Of a stretch of DNA of 64,000 nucleotides, positions 36,830 to 50,104 are shown in pieces. Position 1 is the stretch's first letter; each line of letters opens with the position of its first letter. The notes beneath the pieces were generated by a model. That model worked only from the letters and a program-made list of their open reading frames with translations, did not search any database and was not told the origin of the DNA. This DNA comes from Centroscyllium fabricii (taxonomy: Eukaryota). The stretch covers positions 34,410,001 to 34,474,000 of the forward strand of contig JBNRSN020000014.1 in the NCBI GenBank assembly GCA_051313645.2, read 5' to 3'. The position numbers were made by a program, and so were the translations under genes.

Positions 36830-37434
36830 CAGGTTGAAGTTCGTTAATCCGGCACCCGAAAAAACCAACAGCTTCAGTCGTTCGGCATAGATTTTCCCGA
36901 TTGCCCAGCGCATGCGCAGACAATTCAAAATGGCCACCGTCAGGGCTGGGCTTCTCTTTCACATAACATATACTCGCTGGATCCCGGCTTAGTGACCACC
37001 CTGATGCCAATGGTGAATCCCAGACCCAGAAAATGAGCTGTTGCCGCCTTTCGCAGGACGCAATATAGCCAAAACGCGGTGCCCGGCTCCCCATCGCTGC
37101 TGGAGGCTGCTGCGTTCCGAAGCTGGCGTGCGGTGGCGTCACGTGAGCCGGGCTTTAGCCACGCATTGGGCCTCAGGCCCGCTGGAGCCGTGCAGCCCGC
37201 TCCCTGATCCACCAGGGGCAGCAGAATCAAGTGCGTCCTGTGAGTTCCACCCGACCCTAGGGCCGAATATTAGCTTCCAGGTACCGGCGAGCACATGTGC
37301 AGAGCATCAAAAATTTCGCGGTGGCCATTTTGAATGCTCTGCGCATGCGCCGCCGAAGCTTCAATCATTCGGCGTTTTCAATAATTCGGCAGGGTGCTGG
37401 TCCCGACCCTGCTGGATTAACGAACTTCAACCTG
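36830..37434. mobile_element. pogo-like MITE
   Basis: TA|CAGGTTGAAGTTCGTTAATCC ... GGATTAACGAACTTCAACCTG|TA, a 21-bp perfect TIR. Confidence 0.88.
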
Positions 37435-37653
37435 TACCATACATGCACACATTATACACTGCATTCTCTGAATTATAGCAGTCTACTCGATTCCATCCAA
37501 GTCCTCAAAACAAACAGCGGCTTATCAGTCAGCAGGCTACACAGGATTCCGCTCCTGTCCAACAGCCAGTTATTGCTGGTCTTTCTGCTGGAGAAAAAAT
37601 GTTAACACTTGACATTATGAATAATAGAAAAACACAGGAGAGCTTCACTTTAC

Positions 37654-37726
37654 CTGAACTTTTCATCAACCTTTTTTCCTCCTCCTTCAGTTTATTCTGC
37701 ATCAGGCGCAATGTGTTTTCGGTTTC
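37654..37726 (-). CDS. CLUAP1: CLUAP1 coding exon 9
   Basis: ttcctag|GAA...G|gtaaag. Encodes ETENTLRLMQNKLKEEEKRLMKSS. Confidence 0.93.
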
Positions 37727-40700
37727 CTAGGAAACAGGAGAAATGCCCGTGTATCGGTTACAACTACAGCCACTTGATAGAGAGCTAAAGACTGAACAAT
37801 CATTATAACCAATAATTCAGTTTTGAAATTACAGAATACATTTCTAAATTAAATATCTACTGAAGGGTGAGTGATCATCAAACACTACACTGAGTCGGAG
37901 AGAAGTGTTGCGACTGCAGTATGTGGGAGCTACTGGACACCAGTGTGATCCAGGACGAACACGTCTGCGGTAAGTGTCTGCGGCTTGAGGCGCTCCGGCT
38001 CAGAGTTGATGAGCTGGAGGCCGAGCTGCGGACTCTGTGATGCATCAGGGAGGGGGAAAGTTACCTGGACACTTTATTCCAGGAGGCAGTCACACCCTTT
38101 ATTCCAGGAGGCAGTCACACCCCTTAGGATAAGGTCTTCTGATTAGGTCTGGGACAGGAAGGTGTGACTGCGAGCGAAGCAGGTATGGGGACCCAGGAGG
38201 TGGCGGAGCCTCAGCCTTTGCAAATGTCCAACAGGTTTGAGGTTCTTGCAGCCTGTATGGATGAAAGCGGTGGCTTCAGGGTGGATGAGTAAACTGACCA
38301 TGGCACCGAGGTACAGGAAGCCATTCAAGCGGGGTGAGTTAATAGGAATGTAGTGGTAATTGGGGATGGAATGTAGTGGTAATTGGGGACAGCATAGTCA
38401 GGGGGATAGATACAGTTCTCTGCGGCCAAGAGCAAGAGTGCAGACGGCTGTGTTGCCTGCCTGGTGCCATGGTTCAGGTCATCTTCTCTGGACTAGAGAG
38501 GAACTTGCAGTGGAAGGGGGAGGAGCCAGTGGTCGTGGTCCATGTAGGTACCAACGACATAGGTAGAACTCGGAAAGAGGTTCTGCTGAGAGAGTATGAG
38601 CAGTTAGGGGCTAAATTTAAAAAGTAGAACCTCAAGGGTAATAATGTCTGCACTATTACCTGAGCTACGAGCAAATTGGCATCAGGTAAATAAAATTAGA
38701 GAGATGAATGCGTGGCTCAAAGACTGGTGTGGGAGAAATGGGTTTCAATTCCTAGGGCACTGGCACCAGTACTGGGGAAAGTGGGATCTGTATCGTTGGG
38801 ATGGTCTTCACCTGAACCGTGCTGGGACCAGTGTTCTGGCGAGTCGTATAACTAGGGCGGTAGAGAGGGCTTTAAACTAAATATTGGGGGCATGGGATCA
38901 AATTTGGGAAGATGTGGTAATTCAAAGATTAGAGACAAGGCAATAGAGAAAGGTATTAATATGGGAAATGATAAACAGACCGTGCCAGGAAGGGATAGAG
39001 AATATAATTCAAAGAGTAAATCAACAGATAAGGCTAGAGGTTACAAAAATAATAAGACAAAACTAAAGGCTCTGCATCTGAATGCACGTAGCATTCAAAA
39101 CAAAACAGATGAACTGATAGCGCAAATAGAAATAAATAAATATGATCTGATAGCCATTACAGAAACATGGCTGCAGGATGACCTAGATTGGGACCTGAAT
39201 ATTGACGGGTACATGACATTTAGGAAGGACAGGAAGGTGGGAAAAGGTGATGGGGTGGCTCTGTTAATTAATGCTGGTATTAGCACAATAGAGAGGAATG
39301 ACCTAAGTTCAGGAAACCAGGATGTAGAAGCAGTTTGGGTAGAGATGAGAAATAATAAAGGCAAGAAGTCACTTGTGGGAGTGGTGTACAGGACTCCAAA
39401 ATGGTAACCACATGGTAGGATGGAGTATAAAGGAAGAAATAATGGGAGCTTGTCAGAAGGGTACGGCAATAATCATGGGGGATTTTAATCTGCATTTTGA
39501 CTGGAAAAATCAGATGGGCAAAGGTAGCATAGATGAGGCATTCATGGAATGTTTTCAGGATAGTTTCTTACAACAGCACGTTCTGTAGTCCACCAGAGAG
39601 CAGGCTATACTAGATCTAGTATTGTGCAACGAGATAGGATTAATTAATGATCTCATAGTGAGGCGCCGCAGGTAGCAGCGATCATAATAGGATTGAATTT
39701 TACATTCAATTTGAGAGAGAAAAGAGTGGGTCTAAGACTATTATTTTAAACTTAAATAAGGGCAATTATGAGGGCATGAAAGCAGAGCTAGTTAAAGTGA
39801 ACTGGCAAATTAGGTTAAGGGATAGGTCAATAGAGTTGCAGTGGCAGACATTTAAGGAGATATTTCAAAATACACGGAATATATACATTCCAACAAGAAA
39901 GAAAAATTCCAAGGGGAGGACCTACCATCCGTTGTTAACTAAGTTTAATATAATCTTTAACTTTTTAAAAGAAAAAGCATATAATTTGCGCAAAGATGGG
40001 TGGCAGGTCAGAAGACTGGACAGAATATTTAAAAAAACCAAAGAATGACAAAGATTAATAAGGAGAGAAAAATTAGAGTACAAGAGAAAGCTAGCTCGAA
40101 ATATATAAACATAGTTAGAGCTTCTATAGATATACAAAAAACGAGTTAACAAAGTGAGTGTTGGTCCAAAAAAAGTGAGTCTGGGGAATTAATAATGGAA
40201 AATAAGGAGATGGCAGTTGAATTGAACAGGTATTTTGCATCTGTCTTCACTATAGAGGATACAAGTAACATCCCAGAAATAGCTGTAAATCAGGAAATGG
40301 AAGGGAGGAAGGAACTCAAGAAAATGATAATCGCCAGGGAAGTGGCACTGAGCAAATTGTTGGAGCTGCGGGCTGACAAGTCCCCGGGTCCTGATGGACT
40401 TCATCCTAGGATCTTAAAAGAAGTGGCTAGTGAGAGAGTTGATGTGTTGGTTTTAATTTTCCAAAATTCCCTAGATTCAGGGAAGGTTCCCTTAGATTGG
40501 AGAATAGTGAATGTAACTCCTTTATTCAAAAAGGGAGGGAGACGGCAAGCAGGAAACTACAGGCCAGTTAGCTTAACATCTGTCATAGGGAAGATGTTAG
40601 AAGCTATTATTAAAGATGTCATAGCAGGGCACTTAGAAAAGTTCAAAGTAATTAGACAGAATCAATATGGTTTTGTGCCAGGGAAATCATGTTTAACCAA

Positions 40701-40912
40701 TTTACTGGAGTTCTTTGAGGAAGTAACATGTGCTGTGGATAAAGGGGAACCGGTGGATGTACTGTACTTAGATTTCCAGAAGGCATTTGATAAGGTGCCA
40801 CATCAAAGGTTATTGTGGAAAATAAAAGCTCATGATGTTGGGGGTAGCATATTGGCATGGATAGAAGATTGGCTAGCTAACAGGAAACAGAGAATAGGCA
40901 TAAATGGGTCAT

Positions 40913-41834
40913 GGTTCTGACAAAGGGTCTTCGACCTGAAACATTGGGCCCTGTTTTCCTGTGCTCCAGAGGAGCTGCACACTCACGAAGGGGGGTCAGA
41001 AATGCCCCGTGGGTGTGCAGCACGGGGGATGCCCACGAATGGTAATTTCCTGTGCTGATGGGCAAGGCCCGTCAGCTTCCAACGCAGGAAGACCTTGCAC
41101 TGACTATTTCCTGTCAGAACGGTGATTTTTGGAGAGTGATTCCGTGTGCAACTGGCTCACAAGCTGCACACAGAAAAAACAGTAGTAAGAGGGAGAAGAT
41201 TTAGTTACTGAAGCAGGTAAGTTAATTTTTTTAACTTTAATTTTAATTTTTTACAGTTTTTGGGAGTAGTGTGGCCAGATCGGTAGCGTTAAATTTTTAA
41301 GTTAAAGTTTTAAAAAAAATTTTACAAATCCGATTTTAAGTTAATTTACCTGTTTCAAATCGCTAATTTTTAAAGTTAAATTTCTGAAATTTTTAACTCT
41401 CTAGCTATTAAAAAATCTAAGAGGACAAAATGGGAGACTTACCTTCCGTTTCTTCCTCTGAGAAGCTGCTGTGCCCGCGCTGCTCCTCTGCCGAGTCTGT
41501 GAGTGCAGCTCCGCACTTCCCTGCTCTCACAAAGGTCCGACTCGGGATCTGTTTATTTAAATTAGGGATCTGGGGGGCGTTTTTTATTTAAATTTGGGAT
41601 CTGTGGGCGGGGCTTACACTGCGCACCTAGCGTGGCTGGACTGCCACGCAGCGCAGGAACGGGGAGGAAATTGACGTTGAAACTTCTGTGCAATGTTGGT
41701 GCGTGAGATTAGGAGTCCCCAGGGTCCTAGCGCACGCACTAACCGGCACACAGGAAAACAGGGCCCAATAACTCTGTTTCTCTCTCCACGGATGTTGCCT
41801 GGCCTGCTGAGTTTTTCCAACGTTTTCTGTTATT
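40913..41834. mobile_element. Short Penelope-like pLTR fragment with 13-bp TSD, itself split by a MITE
   Basis: TSD ataaatgggtcat at 40900-40912 and 41835-41847. ctgacaaagggtcttcgacctgaaac...aactctgtttctctctccac also occurs at 44569-44691 and ~51350-51465. Confidence 0.75.
40946..41766. mobile_element. Harbinger-like MITE
   Basis: Perfect 18-bp TIR gggccctgttttcctgtg / cacaggaaaacagggccc. 3-bp flanks ATT/AAT. Confidence 0.85.
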
Positions 41835-43060
41835 ATAAATGGGTCATTTTCTGGTTGGCATGATGTAACGAGTGGTGTGCCACAGGGAGCAGTGCTGGGG
41901 CCTCAACTTTTTCCAATTTATATAAATGACTTGGATGAAGGAACCAAAGGTATGGTTGCTAAATTTGCTGATGACGCAAAGATAGATAGGAAAGTAAATT
42001 GTGAAGAGGACATAAGGATGCTACAATAGGTTAAGTGAGTGGGCAAAGATCTGGCAAATGGAGTATAATGTGGGAGAATGTGAAGTTGTCCATTTTGGCA
42101 GGAAGAATAAAAAAGCAGCATATTATCTAAATGGTGAGAGATTGCAGAGCTCTGAGGTACAGAGGGATCTGGGTGTCCTAGTGATGAATCACAAAAGGTT
42201 AGTATGCAGGTACAGCAAGTAATTAGGAAAGCTAATAGAATGTTATCGTTTATTGCGAAGGAAATATGAATACAAAAGTAAGGAGATTATGCTTCAGTTA
42301 TACAGGGCATTGGTGAGACCACATCTGGAGTACCATGTACAGTATTGGTCTCCTTATTTAAGGAAAGATGTAAATGCATTGGAAGCAGTTCAGAGAAGGT
42401 TTACTAGACTAATACCTGGAATGGGCAGGTTGTCTTATGAGGAAAGGTTGGACAGGCTGGGCTTGTATCCGCTGGAGTTTAGAAAAGTAAGAGGTGACTT
42501 GACTGAAGCATATAAGATCCTGAGGGGTCTGGACAGGGTGGATGTGGAGAGGATGTTTCCTCTTGTGGGAGAATCTAGAACTAGGGGTCACTGTTTAAAA
42601 TAAAGGGGTCGCCCATTTAAGACAGAGATGAGGAGAAATTTTCTCTCACAGAGGGTTGAGTCTTTGGAACGCTCTTCCTCAGAGGGCGGTGGAAGCAGAG
42701 TCTTTGAATATTTTTAAGGCAGAGGTAGATAGATTCTTGATAAGCAAGGGGGTGAAAGGTTATTGGAGGTAGGCAGGAATGTGGAGTAATCGGATCAGCC
42801 ATGATCTTATTGAAAGGCGGAGCAGGCTCGAGTGGCCTACTCCTGCTCCTAGTACGTATGTTCGAGAAGCTGGACCCTTTGAGGATACTGCTGAATCTCA
42901 CTGTACTGCAGAAACTTCTTCAATACTTGTGATTCTTGTGATGGGGTGAGGTCAGGAATGAACCCTTTTGTCACCTCGGAGAATCGCCTGTTCTGAGGCA
43001 GACTGGCTCTTGGATTTCTGATTGTCCTTCCTAAGTTGGTTACCCGCCCTCATCACTTAC

Positions 43061-43202
43061 CTCAAACCTCTCCTGTTCCATCCTGTGCAGGTCTTCAAGC
43101 TGCTGCTCCAGGTAGCACAAGTTACGGAACTTATCCACATAGGTCTCGTACTGTTTCTGGAGCTCCTCCTCAATCTTCTCGTATTCATCCATGAAGGCCG
43201 GC
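43061..43202 (-). CDS. CLUAP1: CLUAP1 coding exon 8
   Basis: cctcag|G...GAG|gtaagt. Encodes [37 protein letters not shown]...ERFE. Confidence 0.96.
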
Positions 43203-44568
43203 CTGAGGATGCAACAAAACAAAGAGATTTGATGTTCAGTAATCAGCTCTAACCATCTCACTGCCCTAATAAATGGCGGTCTAGGCATTCAGATCCAGTT
43301 GGGTGGCATTTTTGCTGGTTTGTAATTCCTCATGTGGTTTAGCGTGGTAGCAAATCTTCAATGGCAGCTGATTAAAATGATCAACTTTGCCAATTATTTG
43401 GAAGTGTATCCAATTATGTAGGGTCACTGAAAACTCTGAACAGTTCCATAGCTTGCTCAGACCAGGCCTTAAACACCAGTCTAACAGTCAATGCGACTGA
43501 ACCCTGTTTTTAAACCTCTATTAAAATGCGTCACTTGAAGTGAGTGGCATAGATTTAAAATGAATGGGTCACCAGAGTTACGATCGGAAAACAGAGGCCA
43601 GTGTGTATACCCTACTGAGGCATCATGCATTACTACTGGTGTGTTTTGCCCAAACTAGTGTGCACAATGAATTGCTGTACGTCGCATCATATTTGTGCAT
43701 AGCTCTGAACTAACACATGTTAATGGTTCCTCACAGCCATGTCCCGTGGAGCAAATTATTTCTCTGTTCCAATCTGCACAAGTCACAGTCTGCACCAAAT
43801 TGCGAGGGAGCTTGCTACTCAGCAGACTTATGGAATCAAACTCAAGTCCTCTCACTACTGTGATGTTGAGTGTGTCACAGCGGGAATGTTTCTCTGTTAC
43901 CTACTCCTTATAGGGGTATGTTTCTTGGGCTGCGCTTGCAGTGCTGCTGGGCACAACTGAAGCAGATTAATGGTGAATGATTCTGATTAACACCTCAAAC
44001 ACCCCAATTATATTACAGTGCTGCCCCCAGCCAGTGTAATATAACTGATCAGTGCACGTGCTTCCACCACACTACTGGGCTACCTTTGGTTCCCTGCCTG
44101 AAGGCAAAGCACTGTCTGCTGTGATAGTGTTTAAGCAGGATATGCAGGGACATCATGCAGGGAGTGTTCTGCCATTTATTGTCAAGGCAGCCAGTTCATT
44201 CAGGGCAAAACCTTCATAAAGAACCCCACCCCACCACCCCAAGCAAAGCTATTTGGATACACTCATGGGACAGGTCCCATTAAGTGAGTGTCTTTTTCGA
44301 GTATTTACGTGGCTCGTCCACAGGTCAAGTCCTAGCGAATCATCACAGGCCAAGGAGGGCAGCAGATTCTGGGGTGTTAAGGCGGGCCGAGTAGATTTCG
44401 TGAATACGGGCGACCAGCACAGGTCTGTCAAGCATGGGAGCCTCCATAAAAGGTAGAAGTGAAACTGAGTCAGTGTCGTAAGGTTCAAGTTAGTCGCCCC
44501 AAGTCATCATTTGATGTGTACGGAGAGAGTACAACAGACGTGGGGTTGTAACAAACAATACATCAATG

Positions 44569-44691
44569 ATGGAAATACTCAGCAGGTCAGGCAGCATCTG
44601 TGGAGAGAGAAACAGAGTTAACGTTTCAGGTCGATGATCCTTTTACTTCCGATTTCCAGCATCTGCATTATTTTGCTTTTGTAATACCCTG
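44569..44691. mobile_element. Short Penelope-like pLTR fragment with 10-bp TSD
   Basis: TSD tacatcaatg at 44559-44568 and 44692-44701. Reverse complement of the 40913/41770 pieces. Confidence 0.75.
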
Positions 44692-45545
44692 TACATCAAT
44701 GGACAAAAAAAAATAACCAGGTACGACAACAACAATTATGTACACTCACACCCGTGTGGAGTCCACCCTGGGTCCATACCCACTGTTTGGGGCTCTGGAG
44801 GTCACATCTTGGACATCGTCAACTTTGGAGAATCTTCTCAAGGCCCCTGATCCTTTGGAATGGCGGCGGCTTCCTATCCAGGGTAACCTGAGTTGATTAA
44901 CCGCAGTTGGTAGTGTTCAAATCATCAGTACTCTTGCCTCGTCGCAATCTTAATTGGCAGAGTCTTGTTCCGTCAGCCCTGTAGGAGCGAGTCTGACATG
45001 AGGTTTTATTCTGTGGCCTCTTCTCAGTTTGAATCCCAGAGGGTGTCAAAAGCATCGTGTTTCTTGGGTTTCTAGTCCCCTCCTACAAGAAGGAATGATC
45101 GCCGCCAATCATCTTTTGAGTTACTCGGCTAGTCAGTTTGGCTGCCGCTGACAGGACTGCATAAGGTGTGACTCGCTGTGGTTTGGAACTCAAAAGATTG
45201 CCACAGCTATAACGTAACACCGGCACCCCAACATTAGGAAGAAAGACTTACAGGCTTGACGATTCTCGAAAGCCCTGGGGTAACCTCTTAAGCGGTTGAG
45301 GAGGTTTGGTTACCCGGCCTACTTGTGGAGTTACTCGACCAGGCATTTCGCCAGCACCGAAGTGCTGCACGGCGAAACCTCGGGGAAGTACGACTCACTG
45401 TGACTTTGAACCCCACGAGACCGTACGACATTCCCCTGCTATCATGAAAGGTCCGTGAGCACAACAGCAGGGTTGCGACTGGTACCTTGTCACAACAGGC
45501 CGTGCACAGATCACGGGACAGCACCGAGCGGATTCAGAGTCTGAC

Positions 45546-45679
45546 CTGACACTTTGCAGGGTCTGCAGTCGCTTCTTGCTCCTCTCCAGCTCTATTTTCT
45601 TCTTCTCAATCTTCGCCTCCAGGTTTGCTTCATCAGAGGCGACATTGTTCAGCATATCCTTTGTGTTTTGCACTTGCTC
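45546..45679 (-). CDS. CLUAP1: CLUAP1 coding exon 7
   Basis: ttccag|GAG...AG|gtcaga. Encodes [44 protein letters not shown]. Confidence 0.96.
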
Positions 45680-46270
45680 CTGGAACAGAAACAGCAGCAA
45701 AATATTGTGCGTCGCCCATCGGGGGAACATTTACCCCAAGCAACCAATCCACGGTCATAAAATATCCCCCTGGTTAAATGCGGCGATTGCCCCCAGGAGG
45801 GAAGAGGACAAAAATCAGGGTGCGGGAATTACCTGCCCACTGGAAGCTTTGCGCCATTGAAAGCTGAGCCCAGCCTTTACTCACAAGACCCCGGACAACA
45901 GCTTGAATCAAAAATGCATACTCAAAAAAAAAAAGACAAATAAAGCAAGATCAACGTTGGATATTTCCGCAATTTGTTTTATAACTAAAAAGAAAAGTGT
46001 CCCTGTGATCTCGCAGTACAGCAGATCTGTGGAGGAAAGGCAAGTGCTTCTGACCCCCATATACTGCAACTTACCATTCCCTGGACACCAGGGGGGAAGA
46101 GAAGAGAAATATTTTGAAGGAAGCCACTGGAAAATTATCAAAATTAGCCACTGGTAGTAATGAATAATCGAGTTACCAAATAAATACCAAAACATGGACT
46201 CTTGTGTTTTCAGTCCTCACGTACTCTACCCACCCCTTACACTCCCGATATAACCAGCAACCTCATGGAC

Positions 46271-48938
46271 ACAATTGAAAGAAAGGATATTAACTCTGAT
46301 GATGCGGAATCTGTATGGGTAGAACTGAGAAATAGCAAGGGGCAGAAAACGTTAGTGGGAGTGGTATATAGACCTCCAAACAGTAATACGGAGGTTGGGG
46401 AAGGCATAAAAAGGGAAATTAGAGAAGCATGCAGTAAGGGCACAGCTGTCATCATGGGTGACTTTAATTTACATATAGATTGGGCTAGCCAAATTAGTAA
46501 AAATACTGTGGAGGAGGAATTCATTGAGTGTATACGAGATGGTTTCCTGGACCAATAAGTCGAGGAACCAACTCGGGATCAGGCCATCTTAGACTGAGTA
46601 TTATGCAATGAGAAAGGATTAATTAGCAATCTTGTTGTACGAGGCCCCTTGGGTCGGAGCGATCATAATATGATCGAATTCTCACTTAAGATGGAGAGTG
46701 AAGAAATTGACTCAGAGGCTAAGGCCCTGAATTTAAGTAAAGGGAACTATGATGGTATGAGACACGAGTTGGGTAGGATTGATTGGGTGATGTCTCTCGG
46801 GGGGTTGACGGTGGATGGACAATGGTAAACATTCAAAGATTTGAATGGAAGAATTACAGAGCTTGTTTATACCAGATTGGCATAAAAATAAACCAAAGGT
46901 GACTCAACCGTGGATAACAAGGGAAATTAGAGATAACATAAAATCCAAAGAGAGGGCATATAAATTGGCCAAAAAGAGCCACAGACCTGAGGATTGGGAG
47001 CAGTTTAGGATACAGCAAAGGAGGACAAAGGAATTAATTAAGAGGGGGAAAATAGATTATGAAAGTAAGCTTGCAGCGAACATAAAAACTGGCTGCAAAA
47101 GCTTTTATAGATACATTAAGAGGAAAAGATTGGTGAAATCAAGCGTCAGTCCCTTGCAGTCCAAATCAGGGAAATATATAATGGGGAACAAGGAAATGGC
47201 AGGCCAATTAAATACATATTTTGGTTTTGTCTTCACAAAGGAGGACACAAATAACTTCCCGGAGATGTCGGGGAACCTAGGGACTAATGAGAGGGAGGAA
47301 CTGATAGAAATCAGTATTTGTCGGGATATGGTGTTGGGGAAGTTGAAGGGATTAAAGGCCGACAAATCCCCAGGGCCTGATAATCTACATCCTAGGGTAC
47401 TTAAGGAAGTGGCCCTGGAGATAGCAGATGCATTGCTGATCATCTTCCAGAACTCGATAGACTCGAACAGTACCCATGGATTGGAGGGTAGCTAACGTTA
47501 CCCCACTATTCAAAAAAGGGGATTGAGAAAAAGCGGGAAATTATAGACCAGTAAGCCTGACATCGGTAGTGGGGAAAATGCTCGAGTCCATTATTAAAGA
47601 TGTAATAGCAGTACACTTGAAAAACAGTGACAGGATCGGACAGAGTCAACATGGATTTACAAAAGGTAAATCGTGCTTGACTAATCTACTGGAATTTTTT
47701 TGAGGATGTAACTGGTAAAATAGATAGGGGAGAACCGGTAGACGCGGTGCATTTGGACTTTCAGAAAGCTTTCGATAAGGTCCCTCATAAGAGATTAGTG
47801 TGCAAAATTAAGGCTCATGGGATTGGGGGCAAGGTATTGACTTGGATAGAGAACTGGTTGGCAGATAGAAAACAGAGAGTTGGAATAAACGGGTCGTTTT
47901 CCAAGTGGCAGGCAGTGACTAGTGGGGTACCGCAAGGATCGGTCCTAGGACCCCAGCTTTTCACAATATATATTCATGATCTGGACGAGGAAATTGGATG
48001 TAATATCTCCAAATTTGCAGACGACACAAAGCTGGGTGGGAGGGTATGCTGTGAGGAGGATGTCGAAAAACTCCAATGCGATTTGGACAGGTTGGGGAAT
48101 TGGGCAGATACATGGCAAATGCACTATAATGTGGATAAATGAGGTTATCCACTTTGGTGGCAGAAACAGGAGGGCAGATTATTATTTGAATGGCAGTAGA
48201 TTGGGAGATGGGGAAGTGCAAAGAGACCTGGGTGTTCTTGTGCACCAGTCACTGAAGGTAAGCATGCAGGTGCAACAGGCGGTTAAGAAGGCAAATGGTA
48301 TGTTGGCTTTCGTAACAAGAGGGTTCGAATATAAGAACAAGGATGTCTTGCTGCAGCTCTACAGGACCTTGGTGAGACCACACCTTGAGTATTGTGTGCA
48401 GTTTTGGTCACCTCATCTGAGGAAGGACGTTCTTGCCATTGAAGGAGTGCAGCGAAGATTCACTAGGCTGATACCTGGGATGGCAGGAATGATGTATGGG
48501 GAGAGTTGATGGGGCTTATACTCACTGGAGTTCAGACGATTGAGAGGGGATCTCATTGAAACCTATAAATTTGTGTCAGGCCTGGACAGACTGGAGGCAG
48601 GAATGATGTTCCCGATGGTCGGGGAGTCCAGAAACAGGGGCCATAGTCTAAAGATAAGGGGAAAGCCATTTAGGACTCAGATGAGGGGCAATTTCTTCAC
48701 CCAGAGTGTGGTGAACCTGTGGAATTCTCTGCCAGAGGGCGGTTGAGGCCAGTTCATTAAATATATTCAAGAAAGAGTTGGATATATTTCTTCAGGCTGA
48801 AGGGATCAAGGGATATGGGGAGAAGGCAGGGACAGGATACTGAATCTGAAGGATCAGTCATGATCTAATTGAATGGCGGAGCAGGCTCGAAGGGCCGAAT
48901 GGCCTACTCCTGCTCCTATCTTCTATGTTTCTATGTTT
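46271..48938 (+). mobile_element. CR1 LINE ORF2 (5'-truncated), same subfamily as 3420-4532
   Basis: VGVVYRPP, MGDFN, KSPGPD, LDFQKAFDKVPH, FADDTKL, and a (ctatgttt)n tail. Confidence 0.93.
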
Positions 48939-49910
48939 CTACCCACTCCTTACACTCCCGATATAACCAGCAACCTCATGGACTCTACCCACCCCTTACA
49001 CTCCCGATATGACCAGCAGCTCATGGACTGTACCCACCCCTTACACTCCCGATATAACCAGCAGCTCATGGAATCTACCCACCCCTTACACTCCCGATAT
49101 AACCAGCAGCTCATGGACTCTACCCACCCCTTACACTCCCGATATAACCAGCAGCTCATGGACTCTACCCACCCCTTACAGTCCCAATATGACCAGCAGC
49201 TCATGGACTCTACCCACCCCTTACACTCCCGATATAACCAGCAACCTCTCGGACTCTACCCACTCCTTACACTCCCGATATAATCAGCAGCTCATGGAAT
49301 CTACCCACCCCTTACAGTCCCAATATAACCAGCAGCTCATGGACTCTACCCACCCCTTACACTCCCGATATAACCAGCAACCTCTCGGACTCTACCCACT
49401 CCTTACACTCCCGATATAACCAGCAACCTGATGGACTCTACCCACTCCTTACACTCCCGATATAACCAGCAGTTCATGGACTCTATCCACCCCTTACACT
49501 CCCGATATAACCAGCAACCTCTCGGAATCTACCCACCCCTTACAGTCCCAATATAACCAGCAGCTCATGGAATCTACCCACCCCTTACACTCCCGATATA
49601 ACCAGCAACCTGATGGACTCTACCCACTCCTTACACTCCCGATATAACCAGCAACCTCTCGGACTCTACCCACCCCTTCCACTCCCGATATAAACAGCTG
49701 TTCATGGACTCTATCCACCCCTTACACTCCCGATATAACCAGCAACCTCTCGGAATCTACCCACCCCTTCCACTCCCGATATAAACAGCTGTTCATGGAC
49801 TCTATCCACCCCTTACACTCCCGATATAACCAGCAACCTCTCGGAATCTACCCACCCCTTACACTCCCGATATAACCAGCAGCTCATGGACTCTACCCAC
49901 TCCTTACAGT
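48939..49910. repeat. 45-bp minisatellite (~21 units; one more unit at 46223-46270)
   Basis: Unit gactctacccaccccttacactcccgatataaccagcagctcatg. Confidence 0.95.
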
Positions 49911-50006
49911 CCAGAGGAAAACAGCCAGTAACCGGTAAATGTCCAAATTAAATAGCTAAAGTTTCTCCCGACTTCCCGTTTGCTTTGAAGAGATGAAGCC
50001 ACTCAC

Positions 50007-50090
50007 TATAATCTCTTTAATTCCAGCTCTTAGTGCCTTCTCGGTCTCATTGATTTCCAGAGGCCTCGCAATTGCTGCTGTTCTCATCTC
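50007..50090 (-). CDS. CLUAP1: CLUAP1 coding exon 6
   Basis: ttacag|GAG...ATA|gtgagt. Encodes [28 protein letters not shown]. Confidence 0.95.
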
Positions 50091-50104
50091 CTGTAAAACA
50101 AGCA

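Larger units (their letters stand above)
37880..42865 (+). mobile_element. Near full-length CR1 LINE (ORF1 Zn-finger/leucine zipper/SGNH esterase; ORF2 APE-RT), disrupted, with nested insertions at 40913-41834
   Basis: ORF1 VIGDSIVR, HVGTNDI, DGLHLN. ORF2 [39 protein letters not shown]. Confidence 0.93.

Noticed and set aside
48873-49419. Repetitive ORFs (DSTHPLHSRYNQQLM)n and (TLPTPYTPDITSSSW)n
   Set aside because: They result from a 45-bp unit divisible by three. They are intronic, start in a LINE tail and are broken by stops.
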